Shown here: positions 29,342 through 40,321 of the stretch, piece after piece
How positions within the stretch are numbered: position 1 is the first letter of the stretch
How the letters are laid out: each line of letters starts with the position of its first letter
Assembly: GCA_045613125.1 (NCBI GenBank)
Contig: JAZLAM010000006.1
Span: forward strand, 18,075 to 82,074
Reading direction: 5' to 3'
Source: Alphaproteobacteria bacterium
GTDB taxonomy: Bacteria; Pseudomonadota; Alphaproteobacteria; RF32; CAG-239
Length of the DNA stretch: 64,000 bases
Made by a program: the position numbers and the translations under genes
The notes under the pieces: generated by a model
The model's database searches: none
The model's input: only the letters and a program-made list of their open reading frames with translations
Told to the model about the DNA's origin: nothing

Positions 29342-30871
29342 ATGAAAAATTTTTTCACCATCAGAAAAATTTTAACATTTTGCCTAATTTTATCTATATT
29401 TTTTACCATATATAGTGCTTATTATAAAATAAAATATTGGGGCTTTAGTATTAAACCTCAAGCCACCTCAGATGTATGGATCGTTGATGCGCATATTTCT
29501 TTTACACCAACGGGAGAGCCTATTAATGTATCTTTAGCGACACCGCAAACCGGTAAAGAATTTAAAATTTTAAATGAGGACATTGTAGCCAAAGGTTATG
29601 ATATCACAAAGGATGAAAAAAATAACCGTATAATAATGAAATCCAAACCTAAAAAAAGCAAACAAAATATTTATTACAGAGTTGCTATATATGACAATGA
29701 AGACACAAAAGGTAAAATAAGGGATGAATCAAAACCGAAAGTAAATGTTCCGATATTTGATTTACAACAACAAGAAATGGTTGATGAAATTTTATTAGCC
29801 GCCGAAAAATTTGAAGGAAATCAAGTAAAAAAACTCATAAGCATTTTCAACCAACAACCTTTAGATCCGAATGTCAGTGCTTTTTTACCAGTTAGGGTAA
29901 CCGAAAAGGAAATTGCTGAAAAAATTATTGATATTTTAGCTTATAAAGGTATATCAGCACGACTGACAAGAGGTGTCCGTTTAGTTGAAAGTAAAAAAGC
30001 CTCTCAGGCCGATTTGATGATTGAAACTCATGACGGATATAAATGGCGAATTTATGATTTGCATACGGCAAAAGAAGGTGTACCTAAGAATTTTATGGTT
30101 TTCCAAAGAGGTGGTGTTTCTTTACTTGATGTTAGTGGGGGAAGAAACTCAAAAATCAGATTTTCTGTTTTAAAATCTGTTACTCCATCAATTAAAATGG
30201 CTGGACATAGAGCAAAATTTTCAGAATTTTCCAAGACATTTGATTTTTCAATTTATAACTTACCATTACTTGCTCAAAACACTTTAAAATGGCTTATGGT
30301 TTTCCCTTTAGGAATTTTAATTACAGTTTTGTTCAGAAACGTTATAGGCCTTAAAACTATGGGAACTTTTACACCGATGCTTATTGCTATGTCATTGGTA
30401 AAAACAGGTTTTATTGCCGGACTGATTTGCTTTAGCATTATTATATCTGTCGGTCTTGTCATAAGAACATTATTATCAAGATTAAATTTGTTGCTTGTAC
30501 CAAGAATTTCTGCTGTCGTTATATTTGTTATTTTAATCATGCAATATATGGCCATAATCGGATATCAAATAAATTGGGAAGTCGCATCTTCTGCAATTTT
30601 CTTCCCAATTATTATCACAGCTTGGATTATCGAAAGAGCTTCTATCATATGGGAAGAAGACGGAGCCGGTAACGCAACAAGAGAAATTTTATATTCTATG
30701 ATAACTGCCATCGCAACATATTTTGTTATCAGCAACGAATATGTTCGCCACATCACTTTTGCTTTCAGCGAAATAAACTTGGTAATTTTATTCATTGTGA
30801 TGTTGCTCGGAACATACACCGGTTATCGCTTAACCGAACTTAAAAGATTTACTCCGTTAGCAAGAGGATAA
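29342..30871 (+). CDS. Inactive-transglutaminase-like ectodomain fused to a 7TM module
   Basis: N-terminal TM, then a ~280 aa extracytoplasmic region with no Cys at all, then a 7TM block with FRNVIGLKTMGTFTPMLIAMSL. This matches the Transglut_i_TM / 7TM_transglut architecture from memory. Confidence 0.7.
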   Translation: MKNFFTIRKILTFCLILSIFFTIYSAYYKIKYWGFSIKPQATSDVWIVDAHISFTPTGEPINVSLATPQTGKEFKILNEDIVAKGYDITKDEKNNRIIMKSKPKKSKQNIYYRVAIYDNEDTKGKIRDESKPKVNVPIFDLQQQEMVDEILLAAEKFEGNQVKKLISIFNQQPLDPNVSAFLPVRVTEKEIAEKIIDILAYKGISARLTRGVRLVESKKASQADLMIETHDGYKWRIYDLHTAKEGVPKNFMVFQRGGVSLLDVSGGRNSKIRFSVLKSVTPSIKMAGHRAKFSEFSKTFDFSIYNLPLLAQNTLKWLMVFPLGILITVLFRNVIGLKTMGTFTPMLIAMSLVKTGFIAGLICFSIIISVGLVIRTLLSRLNLLLVPRISAVVIFVILIMQYMAIIGYQINWEVASSAIFFPIIITAWIIERASIIWEEDGAGNATREILYSMITAIATYFVISNEYVRHITFAFSEINLVILFIVMLLGTYTGYRLTELKRFTPLARG

Positions 30872-30872
30872 A

Positions 30873-31823
30873 ATGTTTGATATATTTAAAAATTTCACAA
30901 AGCCAAGCATTTTAAGAGCTAAAGGTATTTTAGGAATGAATGCTCGTAATTATGACATTATCGGGCACAACAATAAAAGACGTTTATACCCCTTAGTTGA
31001 TGATAAAGTGCAAACAAAAATATTGGCTAATAAAGCTTGTATAAATACACCTGATTTAATTGGCATTATTGAGTATCAATATCAGGTAAAAAATTTTGAA
31101 TTATATATCAAAAACCATCAACAATTTGTGATTAAACCTGCACACGGTAGTGGAGGCAAAGGCGTTTTGGTAATAAAAGAGTGGACTGAAAACAATTTTA
31201 TTACAGCTTCCGGAAAAACACTTTCTTTTAAAGAAATTTACCAACACATTTCCAACGTATTAAGCGGTCTTTTCAGCTTAGGCGGTCAATATGATGTTGC
31301 TGTCATTGAAGAAATGGTAAACTTTAGCGATGTGTTTAGTGACTTTAGTTATCAAGGTGTTCCGGATGTCAGAATTATTGTTTATAAAGGATATCCTGCG
31401 ATGGCTATGATGCGTCTTGCAACTGCACAATCAGGAGGAAGAGCCAACTTACACCAAGGAGCTGTCGGTGTCGGAATTGATGTGAAAACAGGAAAAACTT
31501 TGAAGGCCGTGATGCATAATTTACCGATAACACACCACCCTGACACAAATGCAGATTTAATGGACTTATCAGTTCCGTTTTGGAAAGAACATTTAATTAT
31601 CGGCGCTAAAGCATTTGAAATGACCGGACTTGGATATTTAGGCGCAGATATTGTGTTAGATAAGAAAAAAGGTCCTATGATGCTTGAGCTAAATGCTCGT
31701 CCCGGTCTTGCTATTCAGATTGCTAATGGAAAAGGTTTGTTAAACGTTATAAAAGAAATTGAAGAAAACTATCCTAAAAATCTTTCAGCAGAAGAAAGAA
31801 TAGATTTTATCTTGAATAAATAA
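30873..31823 (+). CDS. RimK-related ATP-grasp ligase ('alpha-L-glutamate ligase-like')
   Basis: Motifs GILGMNARNYDIIGHNNKRRLYPLVDDKVQTKILA, FVIKPAHGSGGKGVLVI, MLELNARPGLAIQIANG. ATG lies 1 nt after the upstream stop. Confidence 0.8.
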   Translation: MFDIFKNFTKPSILRAKGILGMNARNYDIIGHNNKRRLYPLVDDKVQTKILANKACINTPDLIGIIEYQYQVKNFELYIKNHQQFVIKPAHGSGGKGVLVIKEWTENNFITASGKTLSFKEIYQHISNVLSGLFSLGGQYDVAVIEEMVNFSDVFSDFSYQGVPDVRIIVYKGYPAMAMMRLATAQSGGRANLHQGAVGVGIDVKTGKTLKAVMHNLPITHHPDTNADLMDLSVPFWKEHLIIGAKAFEMTGLGYLGADIVLDKKKGPMMLELNARPGLAIQIANGKGLLNVIKEIEENYPKNLSAEERIDFILNK

Positions 31824-31879
31824 AAATTAATTCCTAAATAATCTAAAGAGAATATATTAAACCCGTGAAAGGAACAATT

Positions 31880-32485
31880 ATGACCGAATTACTAAAAAAA
31901 TCAGAAACAAAAAACTTAAGCAAAGCAGAAACAAAAAACATTGAAGCTACTGAAAAAAAACAACTTGGAGTAAGCCAAACTCGTGCAAAAAAAATTAAAC
32001 ATTCATACAATGTTGAGGATGCAGAAAATTCTTTGGTCTTAAAATTAAAAGATGGCGATGTCGTTATCAAAATGTTTCCTGATGCAGCGCCAAACCATGT
32101 CGCTCGTATAAAAGAACTGGTCAGAAACGGTTTTTACAACGGATTAAAATTTCATCGTGTGATTGAAGGGTTTATGGCTCAAACAGGCTGTCCTTTAGGC
32201 ACAGGAACAGGAGGAAGCGGTAAGAAACTGAAAGCTGAATTTAATACTATTGAACATAAAAGAGGGACAGTTTCTATGGCAAGGGCAATGGATCCTAATT
32301 CTGCAGACAGCCAATTTTTTATTTGCTTTGCCGATGCTCCCTGGCTTAACGGACAATATACTGTATGGGGAGAAGTTATATCCGGTATGGAATATGTCGA
32401 TCTGATTAAAAAAGGTGGAGGATATAACGGTATGGTAAGCAATCCGGACATTATTATCAGTATGGACGTTATCGCTGATTTATAA
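31880..32485 (+). CDS. ppiB: Cyclophilin-type peptidyl-prolyl isomerase with a ~50 aa Lys/Glu-rich N-terminal extension
   Basis: Motifs FHRVIEGFMAQTG, GTVSMAR, SQFFICF, YTVWGEV. AAAGGAA Shine-Dalgarno before ATG 31880. Confidence 0.9.
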   Translation: MTELLKKSETKNLSKAETKNIEATEKKQLGVSQTRAKKIKHSYNVEDAENSLVLKLKDGDVVIKMFPDAAPNHVARIKELVRNGFYNGLKFHRVIEGFMAQTGCPLGTGTGGSGKKLKAEFNTIEHKRGTVSMARAMDPNSADSQFFICFADAPWLNGQYTVWGEVISGMEYVDLIKKGGGYNGMVSNPDIIISMDVIADL

Positions 32486-32494
32486 GACATATGT

Positions 32495-32520
32495 AAGAGG
32501 GGATTTCCCCTCTTTTTATT
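32495..32520 (+). terminator. Rho-independent terminator after ppiB
   Basis: AAGAGGGGA-TT-TCCCCTCTT followed by TTTATT. Confidence 0.65.
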
Positions 32521-32731
32521 GACATTGTAATATGTATTACAGCATACTTAACTATAGTAATCTGAACAGGAAAAAAATATATGACACAATTATGGTCTAT
32601 AATCGCAACAATCAAGCAATTTTCAAAACCGGTGATAAAGATATTGTAAAAGCTATTATAACTGAACGAGAAAAACCTTTATCCTTACAAAATGTTATTT
32701 ATCTTCAAATATTGATATTCTGTTAAATAAA

Positions 32732-32941
32732 ATGGAAAAAAGAAATGAGGATGCTATTTATATTGAATATTTAAGATTATTAAAAAAACATCTTGCAACC
32801 AAAGAACAACACAATTTTGATTTAAATATTAATAAAATGAGAGAAATGGTAAATGCATACCGACAAAAAGGCAATTCAGAATCGCTAAACAATACAAAAA
32901 ACAATATAAGATTAGATTTTAACCATAATAAAGAACATTAA
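32732..32941 (+). CDS. Doubtful 69 aa hypothetical ORF
   Basis: Open frame only. There is no clear Shine-Dalgarno, the composition is Asn/Lys-rich and low-complexity, and it ends overlapping the convergent rlmE stop. Confidence 0.2.
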   Translation: MEKRNEDAIYIEYLRLLKKHLATKEQHNFDLNINKMREMVNAYRQKGNSESLNNTKNNIRLDFNHNKEH

Positions 32942-33636
32942 TTTTCTTTTTTCTTAAATCCCTGTGCTACAACATATGTTTCCGGAGAGCCTTGACGGCT
33001 TGCATCAGGCTTATGATGAGAAACTTTGGTAAAATTCTTTTTCATATCGGCAAGCAAATTTCCTTCTGCTCCACCTTGAAATACTTTAGCAATAAAAATT
33101 CCGCCTTCGGAAAGCACTTCTTTAGCAAATTCATAAGCAGCTTCAACAAGCCCGATTGTCCGCAAATGATCTGTTTGCTGATGGCCGGTAGTGTTTGCTG
33201 CCATATCGCTCATGACAATATCTGCAGGTCCGTTTAACAATGCTTTCAAATTTTCCGGAGCATCATCTTTGGTAAAATCTTGACATATCATGGTTGCACC
33301 GGCAATCGGTGTTGTTTCTAAGATGTCAATTCCGACAACTTGACCCTGTCCTTTATTACGTTCAACAGCAACTTGTGTCCATCCTCCGGGAGCGCAACCT
33401 AAGTCTACTACCGTTTTACCTTTACCTAAAAATCTATATTTTTCATCAAGTTGTATAAGCTTAAAGGCTGCACGTGAACGATAACCCAGTCTTTTAGACT
33501 CAGCTACATATGGATCATTAAGTTGACGTTCAAGCCATCTGTTTGATGATGCTTTTTTATATTTTGAGGTTTTAACCTTAACAGTTAATGCTTTTCTACC
33601 TCTGATAATCTTTGCTGATTTGGTAAGCTTTGCCAT
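32938..33636 (-). CDS. rlmE: 23S rRNA U2552 2'-O-methyltransferase RlmE/FtsJ
   Basis: Motifs RSRAAFKLIQLDEKY, VVDLGCAPGGWTQV, VMSDMAANTTGH, KVFQG. Confidence 0.93.
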   Translation of the reverse strand: MAKLTKSAKIIRGRKALTVKVKTSKYKKASSNRWLERQLNDPYVAESKRLGYRSRAAFKLIQLDEKYRFLGKGKTVVDLGCAPGGWTQVAVERNKGQGQVVGIDILETTPIAGATMICQDFTKDDAPENLKALLNGPADIVMSDMAANTTGHQQTDHLRTIGLVEAAYEFAKEVLSEGGIFIAKVFQGGAEGNLLADMKKNFTKVSHHKPDASRQGSPETYVVAQGFKKKEN

Positions 33637-34564
33637 TATCTTGAAGTTCCTTTATAATTGCATCTTGTGCACTTTTTAATGAAGCTGTCAGTTTTTCGAA
33701 CCCTAAATTTTCGTATATACTCTTAAATATAGTACAGCCGGAAATCATAATTGGAGCTCGGTTTTTACCTATATATTTTGACTCTTCTCTTTCTGATAAA
33801 CTCATCTTATAAATATCACCGATTACTTTATCTAAATCTTTATAACTTAAAATTCTGCCATCAGATTTTTGACGATCATATTCTTCATCTTGATTTATCA
33901 TTGAAGCCAATCTTAGCGGAGTACTTGATGTAGCAATCAATGTGCAACTGTTCTTATATTTTTCAAGTTCGGATTGTAAGATAAATTTTTGTACATATGG
34001 TATAATGTTTGCCTGTAAATTTTGCTGATTTTTTTCATCAAAATGTTTCAAATCAAAAGCTTCTGATGCATTTCTTGCTCCCCATGGAATAGATATTGTA
34101 TATATCATCCTCGGATTTTCTTCATTGGTAGCAAGAGTTATTTCCGTTGAACCGCCACCTAAATCGTACACAAGAGCATATTTTGCATTTTTATCCGCAT
34201 TTAATAGGGCGCCTTTTAAATTCAAATAAGCTTCTTGTTTTCCATCAATTACATCAATTTTTATACCACTTGTTTTTTCAACTTTTTTAACAAAATCCAT
34301 ACCGTTAGAAGCCATACGACAAGAGGCTGTTGCAATTGCTCTATAGTTTTTAACATTATATTGTTCTAGAACTTTAGCATATTCAGAAAACGCTTTCAAT
34401 CCGCGATCAATTGCCTCATCGGTAAAACACATATTAGCATACATTCCTTCACCTAGTTTAGTTGGTATGCTATCTTTGTAAACTAACTTTCCATGACTAT
34501 CTACAACCATAATACGACAAGAATTTGTACCTAAATCAATTGCTGCCAGATTTTCGTTTGCCAT
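33596..34564 (-). CDS. Short-form Ppx/GppA family phosphatase, paralog 2
   Basis: Motifs AAIDLGTNSCRIMVV, VYDLGGGSTEITL, ATSSTP. I prefer the start at MANENLAAIDLG (34564) over the track start at 34633. Confidence 0.8.
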   Translation of the reverse strand: MANENLAAIDLGTNSCRIMVVDSHGKLVYKDSIPTKLGEGMYANMCFTDEAIDRGLKAFSEYAKVLEQYNVKNYRAIATASCRMASNGMDFVKKVEKTSGIKIDVIDGKQEAYLNLKGALLNADKNAKYALVYDLGGGSTEITLATNEENPRMIYTISIPWGARNASEAFDLKHFDEKNQQNLQANIIPYVQKFILQSELEKYKNSCTLIATSSTPLRLASMINQDEEYDRQKSDGRILSYKDLDKVIGDIYKMSLSEREESKYIGKNRAPIMISGCTIFKSIYENLGFEKLTASLKSAQDAIIKELQDNGKAYQISKDYQR

Positions 34565-35642
34565 GGTATCCTCCTCTTTGATATAAACGATGCCGTCTTT
34601 GGGGTTTGCGATTAGCACGTTGTTGACGTTCATTATGCATCATATCTAAAAGCATTCCTTCACGAATACCCCTATCAGCAACCGTAACCTCAGAAATCGG
34701 CCAAAATGTAAGTAAAGATTCTATAATAGCACAACCAGCAATAGTCAAGTCAGATTTTAATGGTCCTATACATGGGTGTTTACGACGCCCTTCATCACCA
34801 ATAGTTTTTATTTTATTAATTACTTTTTCCACATCCGAACCGGAAATAGATATCCCATCAACAGCAGAACGATTATATCTGGGTAAACACAAATGCACCG
34901 CTCCCAAAACGGTAACTGTTCCTGATGTACCGATAACCTGAATTTCTTGATTTTGTATTCCTTCATAAATACCAAATTTATCATCAAATTCTTTTAATAT
35001 CGATTGGGTTCGTTCCATTATGGTATTATACGCAAGCGTTGTCATATCTTGCTTAGGGAAAGCTTCAGAAATGGTAACAACACCATAAGGAAGAGATACA
35101 AACCCTTCTATAAAAGTTTTACCACTATCAGTTATACGAGCAAGCGAAATTTCCGTTGAACCGCCTCCAATATCGAACACAAGCATACGCTTAATGTTAC
35201 GATTAAGCAGGGGTACACAACCTACCACAGCTAAACGGGCTTCTTCTTTTGATGAGATAATTTCCAAATTTATACCAGCTTCTTTTTTAACCATTTCTAC
35301 AAACTGAACACAATTTTTTGCTCTACGGCAGGCAGCTGTTGCCACAAAACGAGAGCCGGCAATGGGAGCATATTCGTTTATAACACCTCTACACACTTTT
35401 AAGGCAGCAACAGTTCGACGCATAGCCGCCTTTGATAGCTCATTATCATTTATGATACCTTCTCCCAAACGTGTAATTTTAGAAAAAGTTTCAACCACAT
35501 GAAAAGATGTTGGTGTCGGTGTGGCAATTACTAAACGGCATGAATTAGTTCCTAAATCTATCGCTGCATAATTAGACGCCGGTATAGTATCTTTTTTTAC
35601 TGCCGGCACATAATTATTTTTCTTTGACACACCTTTTTTCAT
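34536..35642 (-). CDS. Short-form Ppx/GppA family phosphatase, paralog 1 (basic C-terminal tail)
   Basis: Motifs AAIDLGTNSCRLVIA, VFDIGGGSTEISL, GTSGTVT, RGIREGMLL, then the tail RQQRANRKPQRRHRLYQRGGYHGKRKSGSN. Confidence 0.85.
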   Translation of the reverse strand: MKKGVSKKNNYVPAVKKDTIPASNYAAIDLGTNSCRLVIATPTPTSFHVVETFSKITRLGEGIINDNELSKAAMRRTVAALKVCRGVINEYAPIAGSRFVATAACRRAKNCVQFVEMVKKEAGINLEIISSKEEARLAVVGCVPLLNRNIKRMLVFDIGGGSTEISLARITDSGKTFIEGFVSLPYGVVTISEAFPKQDMTTLAYNTIMERTQSILKEFDDKFGIYEGIQNQEIQVIGTSGTVTVLGAVHLCLPRYNRSAVDGISISGSDVEKVINKIKTIGDEGRRKHPCIGPLKSDLTIAGCAIIESLLTFWPISEVTVADRGIREGMLLDMMHNERQQRANRKPQRRHRLYQRGGYHGKRKSGSN

Positions 35643-35651
35643 ATATAGATT

Positions 35652-36770
<1,119 letters not shown>

Positions 36771-36878
36771 TTACTTACATGAACGTTTCCAAGATACTTC
36801 AAGATAGTTATAATTTTATTAACATAGAATATTCATATTAAAAAAATTGTCATTTGGTATAAATATAATTAAATCAGA

Positions 36879-38114
36879 TTATTCTTTTATGGCTAATTGG
36901 TCTTTTAAAACCCTTATTTTGTATTCTCTAAAATGTTGAGCAAATCTTTCATCTTTAGGTAAAATATTAAAATTTGGCATATCTGATGCCTTAATATTTT
37001 GCAAAATATCCGCTACTCTTAATAAAATTCTGGACGAATATTCAAATTGTCGTAATAAATTTTCTTTATTTTTCATCGTGGTACTCTCAAAATCTGCTTT
37101 GCAAACTTTGATAAAATCTACAACATAGTTTGTATGTCCTATTTGCAAATTCGATACCAGATCATAAAGCTTACCTATACGCATATCTTGTATTAAGTGA
37201 AATTTCATATGATGCATCGAACTTAAAAGTGCAAAATCTCTTATTTTATTTGGTATCTTTAAGCGCTTACAGATTTCTTTAATAGCATCGGTTCCTTTTG
37301 ATTCATGGCCTTTATGCGAAGGTAATTGATCAGCTGGAGTAAAGATTTTACCTATATCATGCACTAAAACAGCAAACTGCACCATTACAGATTCACTACT
37401 GACAAATTTTAAAGCATTGAGCGTATGATCTCCCGCATTTCCTTCAGGATGAAATTCAATTTTTTCAGGAATAGAAAATAAGTTATCAATTTCAGGCATA
37501 ATCTCTTTTAATGCTCCTATTTGGCGCATAATTTTAATAAAACGATAAAAAGAAGAACTTAAAAAAGCCTTTTCAAATTCTTGCCATATTCTTTCGGCAC
37601 TTAAAAAGCTTAACATCTTTTTTGCAACCATATCAGAACATAAATTTATGGTACTTTCATCTACATCAAAATTAAGTTGTGCAGCAAAGCGACACATTCT
37701 TAAAACTCTTAGTGGATCCTCAACAAAATGCTCTGCATCTATATGTCTTATAAGTTTCTTTTTTATATCCTGCAAACCTCCAAAATAATCAATATACTGA
37801 CAGGATTGTTCATCATAAGCAATTGCATTACATGTAAAATCTCTGCGTTGTAAATCTTCTTCCAAAGTTATATCCGGTGTAAAAACAAACTCAAAATCGG
37901 TATGTTTATCTCCTGTTTTGATTTCTTTGCGAGCAAGAGCATATTCTTGTTTGGTTTTTGGATGTAAAAAAACAGGAAAGCCTTTACCTACTTGTATAAA
38001 ACCTAGTTCTTGCATTTGTTTCATATCTGAGCCGACTACGACATAATCTACATCGTTAGGAATTTTGCCCAAAATTTTATCTCGAACTGCTCCGCCTACC
38101 TGATATATTTTCAT
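36879..38114 (-). CDS. cca: CCA-adding tRNA nucleotidyltransferase with HD domain
   Basis: Motifs MKIYQVGGAVRDKILG..DVDYVVVG, RRDFTCNA, and HD motif VLVHDIGK. Confidence 0.88.
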   Translation of the reverse strand: MKIYQVGGAVRDKILGKIPNDVDYVVVGSDMKQMQELGFIQVGKGFPVFLHPKTKQEYALARKEIKTGDKHTDFEFVFTPDITLEEDLQRRDFTCNAIAYDEQSCQYIDYFGGLQDIKKKLIRHIDAEHFVEDPLRVLRMCRFAAQLNFDVDESTINLCSDMVAKKMLSFLSAERIWQEFEKAFLSSSFYRFIKIMRQIGALKEIMPEIDNLFSIPEKIEFHPEGNAGDHTLNALKFVSSESVMVQFAVLVHDIGKIFTPADQLPSHKGHESKGTDAIKEICKRLKIPNKIRDFALLSSMHHMKFHLIQDMRIGKLYDLVSNLQIGHTNYVVDFIKVCKADFESTTMKNKENLLRQFEYSSRILLRVADILQNIKASDMPNFNILPKDERFAQHFREYKIRVLKDQLAIKE

Positions 38115-38190
38115 TTTTAAAATCCTTTTTTAAAGAGGATAATATTTTGCAATATAAAATGCAAGCAATTAAAATTTTGCAAAATTAATA

Positions 38191-38232
38191 AAAAAATCCC
38201 CTCTATGAAAAACATAAAGGGGATTTTGTTTT
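38191..38232 (-). terminator. groESL terminator
   Basis: On the minus strand, stem AAATCCCCT / AGGGGATTT with a 15 nt loop followed by a T-run. Confidence 0.7.
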
Positions 38233-38238
38233 TTCAAA

Positions 38239-39891
<1,653 letters not shown>

Positions 39892-39904
39892 TCAAATTCC
39901 TTTC

Positions 39905-40192
39905 TTAATACAAAATACCAAATAAATCTTCTTCACGAATCATTAAAAAGCTTTCGCCGTCTAATTTAATTTCTGTTCCGGCATATTTACCGAACAAGAC
40001 TCTATCGCCTTCTTTTACCGTTAATGCGATAACTTTTCCGTCAGGGGCAATTTTGCCTGTTCCTACGGCTTCAACAATACCCTCTAATGGTTTTTCTTTT
40101 GCTGTATCAGGGATAATGATTCCGCCTGATGTTTTAGTCACTTCTTCAACACGGCGAACCAAAACTCTATCGTGTAAAGGTTTAATTTTCAT
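39905..40192 (-). CDS. groES: Co-chaperonin GroES
   Basis: [14 protein letters not shown].. with AAGGAA Shine-Dalgarno. The track start at 40207 adds 5 aa. Confidence 0.97.
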   Translation of the reverse strand: MKIKPLHDRVLVRRVEEVTKTSGGIIIPDTAKEKPLEGIVEAVGTGKIAPDGKVIALTVKEGDRVLFGKYAGTEIKLDGESFLMIREEDLFGILY

Positions 40193-40226
40193 TTCTGTTC
40201 CTTCCATAAAATTTTTACTAATACTT

Positions 40227-40255
40227 TAGTTAGTGTTTCAAAGCACACTTGTCAA
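40227..40255 (-). promoter_or_regulatory. Candidate sigma70-like groESL promoter
   Basis: On the minus strand, TTGACA-(17 nt)-TAACTA about 35 nt upstream of groES. I see no CIRCE element. Confidence 0.35.
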
Positions 40256-40266
40256 GAAGCAACCGC

Positions 40267-40306
40267 AGAAAAAATACTCCTTACTGTAAAAATCAGTAAG
40301 GAGTAT
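40267..40306 (-). terminator. aas terminator
   Basis: Perfect 13 bp stem ATACTCCTTACTG / CAGTAAGGAGTAT with a 7 nt loop and a T-run on the minus strand, directly after the aas stop. Confidence 0.8.
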
Positions 40307-40321
40307 GGTGTTCGATTTTAA

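Noticed and set aside
32532-32726. 64 aa ORF (MYYSILNYSNLNRKK...) in the ppiB-rlmE spacer.
   Set aside because: It has no Shine-Dalgarno, the composition is low-complexity and AT-driven, and it starts before the better-positioned 22-codon ORF in a different frame. It is not supportable as a gene from sequence alone.
40208-40266. Search for a CIRCE (TTAGCACTC-N9-GAGTGCTAA) heat-shock operator upstream of groES. Only a 5 bp inverted repeat AGTGT..ACACT is present.
   Set aside because: There is no acceptable match to CIRCE on either strand. The short inverted repeat is too weak to call. I also cannot identify a convincing sigma32 -10 element (CCCCAT-like).
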